Below, piece by piece: positions 40,504 to 50,848 of a DNA stretch of 64,000 nt. The stretch's first letter is position 1. Every line of letters starts with the position of its first letter. A program made the position numbers and the translations under genes. Origin of the DNA: Myxococcota bacterium (GTDB lineage: Bacteria; Myxococcota_A; UBA9160; SZUA-336). A model generated the notes under the pieces. The model was not told the DNA's origin and made no database searches. It saw only the letters and a list, made by a program, of their open reading frames with translations. The stretch covers positions 2,112,001-2,176,000 of the forward strand of contig CBDFGR010000002.1 of the NCBI GenBank assembly GCA_965247115.1, given 5' to 3'.

Positions 40504-42276
40504 CTAAGACCCGCTCAAGATGAAGTGTTCCTTCATGTTGTCCCGCACGTGCTGCATGTGGCGGATGTACTGCGGGTAGCTGCCGTTGTAGTTGCCGTCC
40601 TGGCGGCGCTGAAACTCGCCCTCGAAGTTGTAGTACCCGGGCGTGCAGTCGGCGGCGCGGCTGGTCTTGCCGCGGTTCGCGATAACCTCCTGCACCCACC
40701 ACTCCTCGGCGTCGTGGGTCACGTCGATCGCCTGGTGGCCGTGCGTGCGGGCGTAGTCGATGCACGCGGCGATGTGGTCGCCCTGCATGTTCAGCACGTC
40801 GGTCAGGTTGAAGCGGAACGACGCCTGGTAGCCGCCCATGATGAAGAGGTTCGGGTAGCCGTGTGAGTGGATCCCCAGCACGGTGCGGATGCCCTCGCTG
40901 TACTTGTCCTGCAGGTCGAGTCCACCCTGGCCGACGATCTTGTTGTAGATCCCGGTCTTCTGGACCTCGAAGCCCGTGGCGTAGATGAGGACGTCGAGCT
41001 CGTAAACCTTGCCGTCGAAGATCGGGCCCTTCTCGGCGATCTCGGTGATGCCCTTGCCCTTGGTGTCCACGAGGTGGACGTTGGGCAGGTTGAACGTCGG
41101 GAGGTAGTCGTTGTCGAAACACGGCCGCTTGCACATCAGCATGTACCAGGGCTTCAAGGCCTCGGCCGTCTCGGGGTCCCTCACCGTCTCCTCGACGCGT
41201 TTGTGGATGCGCATCATGGCGTCGATGTTCGCGCTCTCCTGGCGGCGGATCTTCTCCTCGCGCGACCGCGACGCGATCTTGGCCCGCTGCTCGGGGCTGA
41301 GCTCGGGCTCGCGCATCGCCTTCTCACGGCGCTTCGTCTGCCAGCCCGGTTCGAGCCGGCGAGCCCAGTTGGGGTCCGTCGGCCAGTCGTCCTTGACGTC
41401 GATCGACGACGGCGTGCGCTGGAAGGCGTAGAGCTCCTTCGAGTTCTGGCCCAGGTGCGGGATGGCCTGCACGGCCGACGCGCCGGTCCCGATGATCCCG
41501 ACCACCTTGTCGCGCAAGCCCGATAGGTCGGGCTTCGTATAGTCGTAGTCCCACCGCGAGGTGTGGAACGAGTGGCCCCCGAACCGCTCCATGCCTTCGA
41601 TCTTCGAGAGCTTCGGCTTGGACAGCGTCCCGTTCGCGCAGATCACGAAGCGGGCGCGCATGTGGTCGCCGCGGTCCGTCCCGATGTGCCAGAGCTGCTC
41701 TTCCTCGTTCCAGACGGTGGAGGTGACCGTCGTCTGGAAGACGGCCAGGTCGTACAGGTCGTACTTCTCGGCGATCGCCTTGCAGTGCGCGTAGATCTCC
41801 GGGCCCTTCGCGTAGTGACTCGTCGGGACGTAGTCCATCTCGTCTAGGAGGGGCAGGTAGTCGTACGCGACCACGTCGCACGCGAGACCGGGGTAGCGGT
41901 TCCAATACCACGTGCCCCCGACGTCGGCCCCGCGCTCCACGATGCGGATGCTCTCGACCCCGACCTGGCGCAGCCGCGCCGACGTGAGCAGGGCCGAAAA
42001 GCCGCCGCCGATGAATAGGACCTCGACCCTGTCCTCGATGGCCTCGCGCTCGAGGGTCTCGTCCGCGTACGGGTCCTGCTCGTAGCGGGCCAACGGGCCG
42101 GTCAGGTCCGAGGTGAACTGGGCCGTGCCCTCGGGCCGGTAGCCCAGCCGCAGGTCGCGCTCCTCCGCGAACTTGGCCTTGATTGCCTCGTAGTACTCCT
42201 GCGGCTTCCGCGTCTTGCGGTCGGGGCGGAACGAGAAGACGTCTTGCGGTTTGTCCGCGTCAGTATCCTTGGCCAT
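40504..42276 (-). CDS. Baeyer-Villiger monooxygenase (cyclohexanone monooxygenase-like)
   Basis: IGGGFS, GGTWYWNRYPG, FGGHSFHTSRWD, IGTGAS, CKRPC. Confidence 0.9.
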   Translation of the reverse strand: MAKDTDADKPQDVFSFRPDRKTRKPQEYYEAIKAKFAEERDLRLGYRPEGTAQFTSDLTGPLARYEQDPYADETLEREAIEDRVEVLFIGGGFSALLTSARLRQVGVESIRIVERGADVGGTWYWNRYPGLACDVVAYDYLPLLDEMDYVPTSHYAKGPEIYAHCKAIAEKYDLYDLAVFQTTVTSTVWNEEEQLWHIGTDRGDHMRARFVICANGTLSKPKLSKIEGMERFGGHSFHTSRWDYDYTKPDLSGLRDKVVGIIGTGASAVQAIPHLGQNSKELYAFQRTPSSIDVKDDWPTDPNWARRLEPGWQTKRREKAMREPELSPEQRAKIASRSREEKIRRQESANIDAMMRIHKRVEETVRDPETAEALKPWYMLMCKRPCFDNDYLPTFNLPNVHLVDTKGKGITEIAEKGPIFDGKVYELDVLIYATGFEVQKTGIYNKIVGQGGLDLQDKYSEGIRTVLGIHSHGYPNLFIMGGYQASFRFNLTDVLNMQGDHIAACIDYARTHGHQAIDVTHDAEEWWVQEVIANRGKTSRAADCTPGYYNFEGEFQRRQDGNYNGSYPQYIRHMQHVRDNMKEHFILSGS

Positions 42277-42357
42277 GGGTCTCCCTCTGGACGAGTCTGG
42301 GGGCGAGACTTCCTCCCCCGGGCGGAAGTCTCAGTAGGTATACCTCGTTCCGGCCCG

Positions 42358-43743
42358 CTACCGCACCGGGTCGATCGGAGTCGGCATGGGGGCCGCCGCC
42401 TCGATCGTCTCCGCGGCGGAGAGACACAGATCCTCGCGCCACAGGTCGGCGTAGACCTGGATGCCGGTGGGGAGGCCGTCCGCAACGCCCATCGGGAGCG
42501 CGACCGCGGGAAGCCCGAGGAGGTTGGCCGGGGTGATGAAGCGCACGCTGTCGACGAGGGTCTGAATTCCCGTATCCGGATCGAGATCGGCGTCGGCCGG
42601 CCACGGAAGGCAGCTCCATGTGGGGCCTACCGCCACAGGGTAGTCCGTCAAGAAGGCGGACCAGAGCCGGCCCAGGCGCGAGCGCTCCGAGTGGACCTCG
42701 GCGTTCGTCCTGTGCGAGGCGTCAAAGCGCGCCATCAAGCGCTGCATGCTCGCGAAGAGCGCCGGCGTGAGGAGGTCCTTGGTTGCGTCGTCCCGAGTGA
42801 GGTCGTCGATGGCAATCAGGTTGCCCCACACCTCGGTTACGCGGTCTAGCTCGGGTGGGTTTACCTCCTCTACTTCCCAACCCTGTTCCGTCAAGATTCG
42901 ACCCGCCCGCGGGATCTCTCCGACGGTGCTGGGCGGGAGCTCGATTTCGGGGACTTGCGTGACCAGCGCAGCTCGGCGGCGCGTCGGCGCGGGCCCCTGG
43001 AGGGGGGCGTCGACGGAGCGCGGGTCGCGGATGTCGCGCCCGGCCAGGATCGACAGGGCCAGCCGCAGGTCGGCGACCGAGCGCGCCATCGGCCCCTCGA
43101 CGAGCATCGCCTGACCCGACATGCCCATGTCCTGCGGCTCGAAGGCGCTCGCGCGCGGAATGCGGCCCTGGGTCGGTTTGAGCGACGCGATGCCGCAGCA
43201 GTACGCCGGATTGCGCACCGACCCGCCGATGTCATTCCCGAGCCCGATGGGCGTCATCCCGGTCGCGAGCGCAGCCCCCTCGCCGCCGCTCGAGCCGCCC
43301 GGGGTGCGCGCGCCATCCCAAGGGTTGCGGGTTCGTCCGCGCAGCGGGTTGTCCGTGTCGAGCCGCGAGCCGAACTCCGGCAGGTTGGTCCGAGCCAACG
43401 GGATCGTGCCGGCGCCCTTCATGCGCGACACCACCGGCGCGTCGCGCGACGGCAGCCGCTCGGCGAACGCTGGCACGCCGTCCGTTGTCGGCGACCCGAC
43501 GCAGTCGATGTTCTCCTTGATCGTGAACGGCACCCCGTGAAGCGGGCCTGTCGGCGTCGCCTGGTCGGCCGCGGCCGCCGCGAGGGCGGACTCGGCCAGC
43601 ACCACCGTGATCGCGTTGACGTGGCCGTTCACGTCCTCGATCCGCGCCAGGTGAGCCTCGACGACCTCGCGACTGGTCGTCTCGCGGCGGCGGATCCGTT
43701 GGGCCAGCTCGCTCGCGCTCTTCCTCCAGAGTTCCCCGGCCAT
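42358..43743 (-). CDS. Amidase signature family protein
   Basis: GPLHGVPFTIKE, GGSSGG, GNDIGGSVRNPA. Confidence 0.92.
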   Translation of the reverse strand: MAGELWRKSASELAQRIRRRETTSREVVEAHLARIEDVNGHVNAITVVLAESALAAAAADQATPTGPLHGVPFTIKENIDCVGSPTTDGVPAFAERLPSRDAPVVSRMKGAGTIPLARTNLPEFGSRLDTDNPLRGRTRNPWDGARTPGGSSGGEGAALATGMTPIGLGNDIGGSVRNPAYCCGIASLKPTQGRIPRASAFEPQDMGMSGQAMLVEGPMARSVADLRLALSILAGRDIRDPRSVDAPLQGPAPTRRRAALVTQVPEIELPPSTVGEIPRAGRILTEQGWEVEEVNPPELDRVTEVWGNLIAIDDLTRDDATKDLLTPALFASMQRLMARFDASHRTNAEVHSERSRLGRLWSAFLTDYPVAVGPTWSCLPWPADADLDPDTGIQTLVDSVRFITPANLLGLPAVALPMGVADGLPTGIQVYADLWREDLCLSAAETIEAAAPMPTPIDPVR

Positions 43744-43835
43744 GCGTCGCCTCACATCGGTGGGTGGTCGGTCAGTATGTCCAGCTTGGCGCACCCGCCT
43801 GCGGGCCTGTAAGCTGACGCCGATCGGAGGACGCC

Positions 43836-44684
43836 ATGGACGCCCAACTAGAACTGATCGCGAGCGGCTACAGGCTCGTCGAGGGCCCGCGCACCGACGC
43901 CGACGGCGCGCTCTGGTTTACCGACGCGTTGGGCGCGACGGTCCTCCGCCGCGACCCCAGCGGCGCCATCGAGACGGTCGTTTCGGACCGCCCGATGGTC
44001 GGGGGCTTGGCCGTCCACGTGGAGGGCGGGCTCGTCATGTCGGGGCCAAACGTCGCGCACTGGAAGGACGGCAAGTTTCGGGTGTTGCTCGAGGTGGACG
44101 GCGTGCGCTCCTTCAACGACCTACACACCGACGCGTTGGGGCGCGTGTACGTCGGCGCGATCCGCGCCGACGTCTCCGACTTGAAAAGCCCCCCCGAGCC
44201 ACCGGGCGAGGCGTACCGCATCGAGCTGGACGGGAGCGTCACCGAGCTGTACGGCGGCGTGGGCGTGTCAAACGGCATCGGCTTCTCACCCGACGGCGGG
44301 ACGCTCTACCACGTCGACTCGACGGGCAAGGGACTGTGGGCGCACGACGTCGACTCAGAGGGCGCGGTCTCGAACCGTCGCCACATCGGAGGCGCGGCGT
44401 TTGAGCGGGGCATCCCCGACGGGATGTGTGTCGACAGCCGGGGCAACCTGTGGGTCGCCCACGCCGGCCGTCGCCGCGTCGCGATCTTGGATCCGAAGGG
44501 GGAGCTCGTGGACGAGCTCCCCGTGCCCGCCCGCTCGGTCACGAGCTGCGCGTTCGGCGGAGCCGACTACGGCGACCTGTACATCGTGAGCGCGGACAAC
44601 ACGGACGACAGGAGCCTGCGCGGCTGCATCTGGCGCTGTCGCCCGGGTGTGACGGGGCTCCCGACGCCGCTCGCCCGCGTGTAG
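43836..44684 (+). CDS. SMP-30/gluconolactonase family protein
   Basis: EGP, FND, SNGIGFSPDG, PDGMCVD, SCAFGG. Confidence 0.9.
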   Translation: MDAQLELIASGYRLVEGPRTDADGALWFTDALGATVLRRDPSGAIETVVSDRPMVGGLAVHVEGGLVMSGPNVAHWKDGKFRVLLEVDGVRSFNDLHTDALGRVYVGAIRADVSDLKSPPEPPGEAYRIELDGSVTELYGGVGVSNGIGFSPDGGTLYHVDSTGKGLWAHDVDSEGAVSNRRHIGGAAFERGIPDGMCVDSRGNLWVAHAGRRRVAILDPKGELVDELPVPARSVTSCAFGGADYGDLYIVSADNTDDRSLRGCIWRCRPGVTGLPTPLARV

Positions 44685-44688
44685 GACC

Positions 44689-45021
44689 GTGGCGTCGGTC
44701 GAAGCGGGAGCGCCGGACGACCTCGCGGCTGCGCTCGCCCGCTGTGCCGACGAGTGGCGGAGCCACGGGTGGACGCTCGTCCCGTCGCTCGTGCCCGCGA
44801 CCGAGATCGACGCGGCGCTCGACGACCTGTGGGAGCTCTTCCCGACGCCAGCGGAGTTCCACGGGGACGCGCCGGATCGGCGGCGCGATCGCTTCTTTCG
44901 CGGGATCGATACGCGCGACATCGTCTCGCCTCCCGAGACGCAGAGCGGGCCCGAGTTCCGGCCGGACCAGTTCTTGGGACAGGCCGAGTTCCCGTTTCCG
45001 GGCTCGGGGCGCGGGACCTAG
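44689..45021 (+). pseudogene. Probable N-terminal fragment of phytanoyl-CoA dioxygenase-like protein
   Basis: WRSHGWTLVPSLV..EIDAA..FPT..EFPF; stops before any HxD motif. Confidence 0.45.
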
Positions 45022-47441
45022 CTGATCGCTCCGGAGGCGAAGGCCGCGCCGATTTCTTCTTCGGTCATGCCCAGGATCTCGCTCATCACCTCGTAGCTGT
45101 GCTGTCCGAGGCAGGGCGCCGCAAAGCGCGGACCGTTGTCGTAGCCTCGGATTCGATACTGATGACCGCTGTACGGGATGTTCCCCATCTCGGGGTGATC
45201 CAGGTAGCGGTAGAAACCTCGGTGCGCGTGCTGCGGGTCGACCAGTAGGTCGCTGCTGCGCTGGACCGCCCCCGCCGGGATCCCCGCACCCTGCAGGCGC
45301 TTCATCAGGGCGTAGCGCTCCTGGCCGCGCGTCCACTCGGCGAGCTTCTCGTCGAGCAGGTCGTGGAACTCCAGGCGACCCGCGGTGGAATCGTGCGCGG
45401 TTTCGCGGGCCCAGTCGGGATCCCCCAGCTCGCGGCGCAGCGCCCGCCACTGCTCGTCGCTTTCCACGGCAATCGCGCACCACTGGTCGTCGCCTGAGCA
45501 CGGGTAGCAACCCTGTGGGGCCGCGTCCGGGGCTCGGTTGCCGTTGCGAGTGGCCGCGTAGCCACTCACCTGGTAGTCGAGAATTTCTGGCGCCTGGAAG
45601 TGCAGCGAGGTCTCGATCTGCGCCACATCGATGTACTGTCCCTCGCCGGTTCTGCGCTTGTGGTCAATGGCGGCGGCCAGCACGGTGGAGATAAAGCGCG
45701 GAGCAATCGTATCGGTATAGGCGGCCCAGGGACCCGAAGGGGGAAGATCGGGCCAGCCCGTCACCTCGTGGAAGCCCGCGATCGCGCTGGCGTGATAGCC
45801 ATAGCCTGCAAAGCGCGCGGCGGGGCCGGTCTGCCCCATGAGGCAGGTGCTCACCATGATGATCCCGGGGTTGATCTTGCGAACCTCGTCGTAGCCCAGG
45901 CCCAGGCGCTCGATGGCTCCGGGCGCAAAGCTCTCGGTGAAGACGTCGGCCCAGGCGATCAGCTTCTTGGCGATCTCGAGCGCCCCCGGCGACTTCATCG
46001 CAAGGCTCAGACCCAGCTTCGAGGCGTTGAAGTCCCCGTAGTAATGCGAGCGATTCCAGCCCCCCACACCGTCCTTGAACGGTCCGCCGCCACGCAGCAC
46101 GTCGGGTCGACTCTCGGACTCGACGCGAACTACTGTCGCGCCGTGGTCGGCCAGGTACTTGGAGGATATCGGTCCGACTCCCACCCAGAAGAAGTCCGCG
46201 ACCTTGATGCCCTCGAATGGCAGTGCTTCGCCGGCGGGCTCTGGATAAGACTTCGGTCGGCGAGGCTGCGACAAAGCGGAGCGAATCTCGGCCCCGTGCT
46301 CATCGAGCGACGGCGCCGGGCGCCGCACCTCGAGCGGTGTGTTCGAGATCTTCGACCAGGAGCCCGGGCTGCGCACCGTCTGTCCGCCGGGAAGGGTCAG
46401 CGGCTTCCAATAATCGCGCGCCTCGAAGTGCTCGAAGGCGAGCAGCTCGGGAATCGAGTTGGCGGGCGCCAGTGTCGTGTCGTTCGACATGCCGAATTCG
46501 AGCAGCTCGCGCCGCGTGTGCTTGGCTGTGAACTGCTTGAAGAAGTCGCCGACCTCGTGAATGTTGTAGGGCTTGCGGTCCGGCAGGTGAAGCTGCTGGT
46601 CGAGCGCGACCCAATCGACGTCGCGCGCTGATTCGTCGAAGACACCGTCCGCGATCATCCAGTCCAGACAGCCGAGGATCGCGGCGGACGTGGGAAGCAG
46701 TACGATGTAGCCGTCGAGGCACTCGAAGAGAACGTACAAGACCAAGATTCCCGTATTGACGTTCGAGCCATCGCGCTCCAGGTTCCGCCCATCGATCCCG
46801 TGTGTCGCCATGCCGTTCAGCAGGGTCCAGGTCAGGGCCGCCTGGGCCGACAGGTCCACGAACTGCGCCGTACCCGTCTTGAGCATGCGGGCGTGCGCCG
46901 CCAGCGCCCCCGCCGCCGCCTCGGCTCCGGCGTGGCGCCAGATCTGCGGTAAGCTGACGCGTAGCGGCGCGCGGTCGCGCGGGCCCTGCAGGGCCACGGA
47001 CCCGCCCATTGCAGCCACGACCAGCTCGTCGCCGAGCAGGTCGGCGTGCGGACCGTCGGCGCCGAACGGCGAGAGCCGCACGTAGACGATCCGGGAGTTG
47101 AGCCGCTCGAGGTCCTCGAAGTCGAGTCCGTAGGGTTCCAGCGGGCGGCCCGGCGAGGACTCGAACAAAAAGTCGGAGCTGCGCACCAGCTCCCGCAGCG
47201 TCGCCCGGTCGTCCGGCGCCTCGGGATCCAGGACAATCGAACGCTTGTTGCGATTGAAGGCCAGGAACTGCAGGCTCTTCAGGTCCTCCGGCGCCCCCTT
47301 CAGGTGCGGTGCGCACAGGCGAGCCGCCGAGCCCCCGGGCGGCTCGACGCGAATCACGTCCGCGCCCAGATCGCCGAGCAGCATCGGCCCGAGCTCGCCC
47401 CGAGCATCCGTCAGATCCAGCACCCGATACGGGCTGAGCAT
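45018..47441 (-). CDS. Two-domain class III CoA-transferase
   Basis: Two CaiB units: LGADVIRVEPP/NRNKRS and HGATVVRVES/NASKLG. Confidence 0.9.
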   Translation of the reverse strand: MLSPYRVLDLTDARGELGPMLLGDLGADVIRVEPPGGSAARLCAPHLKGAPEDLKSLQFLAFNRNKRSIVLDPEAPDDRATLRELVRSSDFLFESSPGRPLEPYGLDFEDLERLNSRIVYVRLSPFGADGPHADLLGDELVVAAMGGSVALQGPRDRAPLRVSLPQIWRHAGAEAAAGALAAHARMLKTGTAQFVDLSAQAALTWTLLNGMATHGIDGRNLERDGSNVNTGILVLYVLFECLDGYIVLLPTSAAILGCLDWMIADGVFDESARDVDWVALDQQLHLPDRKPYNIHEVGDFFKQFTAKHTRRELLEFGMSNDTTLAPANSIPELLAFEHFEARDYWKPLTLPGGQTVRSPGSWSKISNTPLEVRRPAPSLDEHGAEIRSALSQPRRPKSYPEPAGEALPFEGIKVADFFWVGVGPISSKYLADHGATVVRVESESRPDVLRGGGPFKDGVGGWNRSHYYGDFNASKLGLSLAMKSPGALEIAKKLIAWADVFTESFAPGAIERLGLGYDEVRKINPGIIMVSTCLMGQTGPAARFAGYGYHASAIAGFHEVTGWPDLPPSGPWAAYTDTIAPRFISTVLAAAIDHKRRTGEGQYIDVAQIETSLHFQAPEILDYQVSGYAATRNGNRAPDAAPQGCYPCSGDDQWCAIAVESDEQWRALRRELGDPDWARETAHDSTAGRLEFHDLLDEKLAEWTRGQERYALMKRLQGAGIPAGAVQRSSDLLVDPQHAHRGFYRYLDHPEMGNIPYSGHQYRIRGYDNGPRFAAPCLGQHSYEVMSEILGMTEEEIGAAFASGAIS

Positions 47442-47547
47442 GAAGACCTCCTTCTGGGTCCAAGCATAACCCGACCTGGACCCTGGCCGGTCCCTTCATC
47501 CACTGCGCCTTCTACGGGGGCATCAACATCAGCGAGAACGGTGACGA

Positions 47548-49488
47548 GTGCCACCGGACGTCGGCGGGTCTTGAATACCCGATGAGTTGCGACTCGTGTC
47601 GTTCGCGTTGAAACAGTTAGCGAACGACGCCTATAATGCTTCCACCTAGTGAAGGGAGGCTTCCCCGTGGCCGAGTATGACCTGCACATTCGCGGCGGCA
47701 CGATCGTGGACGGGACGAGGGTTCCCCGGTTCGCGGGTGACCTCTGGGTGAAGGACGGACGGATCGCGCAGATCGGCGGCCGGGCCCCGGGCGCCGCCGC
47801 GCGCGAGGTCGACGCTGGCGGACACATCGTCGCCCCCGGCTTCGTGGACCTTCACACCCACTACGACGCCCAGATCCGCTGGGACCCGTGGTGTACGATC
47901 TCCAGCTGGCACGGGGTGACCTCCGTCGTGCTCGGGAACTGCGGGTTCGGGTTCGCACCGGTCCGACCCGAGTTCCGGGAGCGCTCCATGCTCACGATGA
48001 CGCGGACCGAGGCCATCCCCATGGAGTCGATGCAGGAGGGGATGAACTGGGACTGGGAGACGATCCCCGAGTACCTCGACTCCCTGGATCGCGCGCCCAA
48101 GGGCGTCAACTGCCTGCAGTACATGCCCACCGCGTCGCTCATGACCTACGTGATGGGCCTGGAGGCCGCCAAGACCCGCCCGGCCACCCCGGCGGAGCGC
48201 GCGGAGATGCAGCGGCTGCTCCACGAGGGAATGGACGCGGGTCTGTGTGGCTTCTCGATTCAACGACTGGGCAAGGATTCCACCCAGGCCGACTTCGACG
48301 GATCTCCCATGGTCACAGACACCATGGTCGACGAGGACATCCTCTGCCTGGCCGAGGTGTTGCGAGAGCGCGACGAGGGCTTCATCCAGATCACGCAGGC
48401 CACGGGCCACAACCGGCGCGACCTGGCGTTCCAGGCCGAGCTGGCCCGCGTGGCGCAGCGCCCGATCCTCCACAACGCGGTGCCGGTCAGCCCCAGGAAC
48501 CCGCGGATCCACGAGAAGCGGCTGGAGTGGATCGACCGCTGCCGGGAGGAGGGGCTCCAGATGTTCGGCCAGGGCGGGACGTTGCGCGCGGGCTTCGTTT
48601 TCACGCTCGAGGACTGGAACCTCTACGACGCGAGTCGCGCGTGGCGCAAGGCGACCACGGGAAGCAAGGAGGAGCGGCTGAAGAAGCTCTCCGACCCCAA
48701 GATCCGCGAGGAGATGCGCCGCGAGTCCATGAGCGAGGTCGCGGAGAAGCTCCGCATCGTCCAGGCCGGGGTGGGCGGCCCGATGGAGAAGCTGCTCGTC
48801 CAGGACGTGAAGGGCCACGCCGAGCTCGAGAAGTACGTCGGAAAGTCGGTCGCGCAGATCGCCGAGGAGGAGGGCAAGCTCCCGGTCGACGCCATGCTGG
48901 ACGTCGCCGTCGCCGGAGACCTCGAGGTCGAGTTCCTCGGGCCCCCCCCCGCGCGCGGTCTGAACGCCGACCACATGGCTGCGATGATCAACGACTCCAT
49001 GTACACGTTCCCCGGGGTTTCCGACGGGGGCGCGCACACGAAGTTCTTCACCGGCGGCGCCTTCACCACGGACTTCCTGGTGTGGCTCGTCCGCGACGAG
49101 CCCCGGATCAGCCTCGAGGAGGCGCACTTCCGGCTGAGCGCGCTGCCCGCCCACGCCGCGGGCTTCCGCGATCGCGGGACGCTGCGGGTCGGCGCTCCGG
49201 CCGACATCGTCGTCTACGACCTGGACGCGCTCGACATCTCCCCGCGCTGGACCGGCGAGGTCGCCCACGACTTCCCGGGAGGCGAGTGGCGCCGCGTGCA
49301 GCACGCGATCGGCTACCGCGCCATCGTCGTCAACGGCGAGGTCACGTTCGCGGACGGCAAGTGCACCGGCGCGACCCCGGGCAAGCTGTTGCGCCACGGG
49401 TACGCGCCGGGAGCCTGACGTCTACAACTGCTCGAAGACATCCCTCCGCAGCTGAGACTTCCGGCCGACGCCGCCCTGGCGTGGCTCA
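47548..49488 (+). repeat. 1,941-bp unit, copy B
   Basis: Inverted match to 1019-2959. Confidence 0.95.
47667..49418 (+). CDS. N-acyl-D-amino-acid deacylase-like amidohydrolase (duplicate)
   Basis: Same translation as 1089-2840. Confidence 0.9.
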   Translation: MAEYDLHIRGGTIVDGTRVPRFAGDLWVKDGRIAQIGGRAPGAAAREVDAGGHIVAPGFVDLHTHYDAQIRWDPWCTISSWHGVTSVVLGNCGFGFAPVRPEFRERSMLTMTRTEAIPMESMQEGMNWDWETIPEYLDSLDRAPKGVNCLQYMPTASLMTYVMGLEAAKTRPATPAERAEMQRLLHEGMDAGLCGFSIQRLGKDSTQADFDGSPMVTDTMVDEDILCLAEVLRERDEGFIQITQATGHNRRDLAFQAELARVAQRPILHNAVPVSPRNPRIHEKRLEWIDRCREEGLQMFGQGGTLRAGFVFTLEDWNLYDASRAWRKATTGSKEERLKKLSDPKIREEMRRESMSEVAEKLRIVQAGVGGPMEKLLVQDVKGHAELEKYVGKSVAQIAEEEGKLPVDAMLDVAVAGDLEVEFLGPPPARGLNADHMAAMINDSMYTFPGVSDGGAHTKFFTGGAFTTDFLVWLVRDEPRISLEEAHFRLSALPAHAAGFRDRGTLRVGAPADIVVYDLDALDISPRWTGEVAHDFPGGEWRRVQHAIGYRAIVVNGEVTFADGKCTGATPGKLLRHGYAPGA

Positions 49489-49704
49489 GGTCTGGATGGG
49501 CGAGCCGCGCAACGTGCGGGCATGACCCGCCTGGTGCCCAATCTGACCGAGAACTTCCCGCGCGGTCTCCGGAGCACACTGGTTCCTCTAGCCCGGGGAC
49601 CGCTGAGCACTCTTCCGCGAGGGACGTGCGCCGATGCAGGCGCCGCCCGTTCGCGGTTAGCAGCAGCGACCAATGGTGCATCCCAACACTCGAGCCGGAT
49701 GAGG

Positions 49705-50064
49705 TCAGGTCGAGGCATGCGCGGGCAACGGGCCGATCAGCTCGACGAACCAGCGACGTTCCCGCTCCCGCGCCTCGTCGAGCGCGCCTGTCAGGTACGC
49801 GGCCAGCCCGCGTTTCTCCTCATCCGAGAGCTCGCTCGCATTGGGCGCCATCGGGCCGGTCGTGAGCGCCTCGAGCACCCGCTCCGGCGTGAAGGCTCCG
49901 AGGGCCTCGCGACTGACCGCGTTGGGGATCGTAGCGGTCGTTCCGTGGCAGAGCGCGCACTGCTCCTCGAAGATGAAGGCGTAGTTGGAATCTGTCACCT
50001 GCGCCCACGTCGCCCCCGGCAGCAACACCGTGAGGGCGACAGACGCCAGGACAAACCATCTCAT
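49705..50064 (-). pseudogene. Signal peptide + cytochrome c domain, likely truncated N-terminus of a larger dehydrogenase
   Basis: CALCHG, ALTTGPM..LSDEEKRGLAAYLTG, then unrelated sequence. Confidence 0.6.
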
Positions 50065-50383
50065 CAGCGTGCCTCCTGGATGGACTGTGTTCCCCACTCG
50101 TGGCTTCCTTTGGGGAGAGGGAGTGTAAGAGGGTTTTTCGGGTTGTGACAATGGCCCTTCCCGTCCTATCGATTGGTCTGAGGACCGGGCCGCGGATCGG
50201 CCCGGAAGGGGCGGTCATTTTGGAGAGCCTGCGTGGCGACGACGCCGGCACGGTGATCGAGTACCTCGGCGAGAGCGGCACGGTTGTCGGGAAGGCCACG
50301 TCCGCGGACTTCGGGCAGCTCCTGGCCCAGTAGAGAGCCTGCTCCGAGCCCAGGGGCGGGCCATCGGGAGCTCGCAGCGCTTT

Positions 50384-50848
50384 CTAGTCGGTGCGCTGTG
50401 GGAGCAGGACCGTGCGGCGAAAGGAGATCACCAGCTCACCCCGCTGGTTCCGGCCGCGGCTCTCGACGCGCACGATACCCTGGCCCTGCCGGCTGTGCGA
50501 CTCTCGCTTCTCGAGCACCGTCGTCTCGGCGTAGAGCGTGTCGCCGGCAAAGGTGGGGGCGTGGTGGTCGATGTTCTCGTAAGCGAGGTTGGCGATGGCC
50601 TTGCCGCTGATGTCGGCGACCGTCAGACCCACGATCACGCTGAATACCAGCGGGCCCACCACAACGCGGCGGCCGAACTCTGTCTCCGCCGCGTAGGCCT
50701 CGTCGCTGTGCAGCGGATGCTGGTTCATCGTCAGCAGCGCAAACCAGCTGTTGTCGGTCTCGGTGATCGTGCGCCCGGGCCAGTGCTCGATCACGTCGCC
50801 CGGCTCGAACTCCTCGAAGTAGCGACCGAAGCTCTCGCGCGTCGCCAT
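50384..50848 (-). CDS. MaoC-family dehydratase
   Basis: GRYFEEF, GRTITETD, NQHPLH, GDTLYAET, NQRGE. Confidence 0.9.
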   Translation of the reverse strand: MATRESFGRYFEEFEPGDVIEHWPGRTITETDNSWFALLTMNQHPLHSDEAYAAETEFGRRVVVGPLVFSVIVGLTVADISGKAIANLAYENIDHHAPTFAGDTLYAETTVLEKRESHSRQGQGIVRVESRGRNQRGELVISFRRTVLLPQRTD

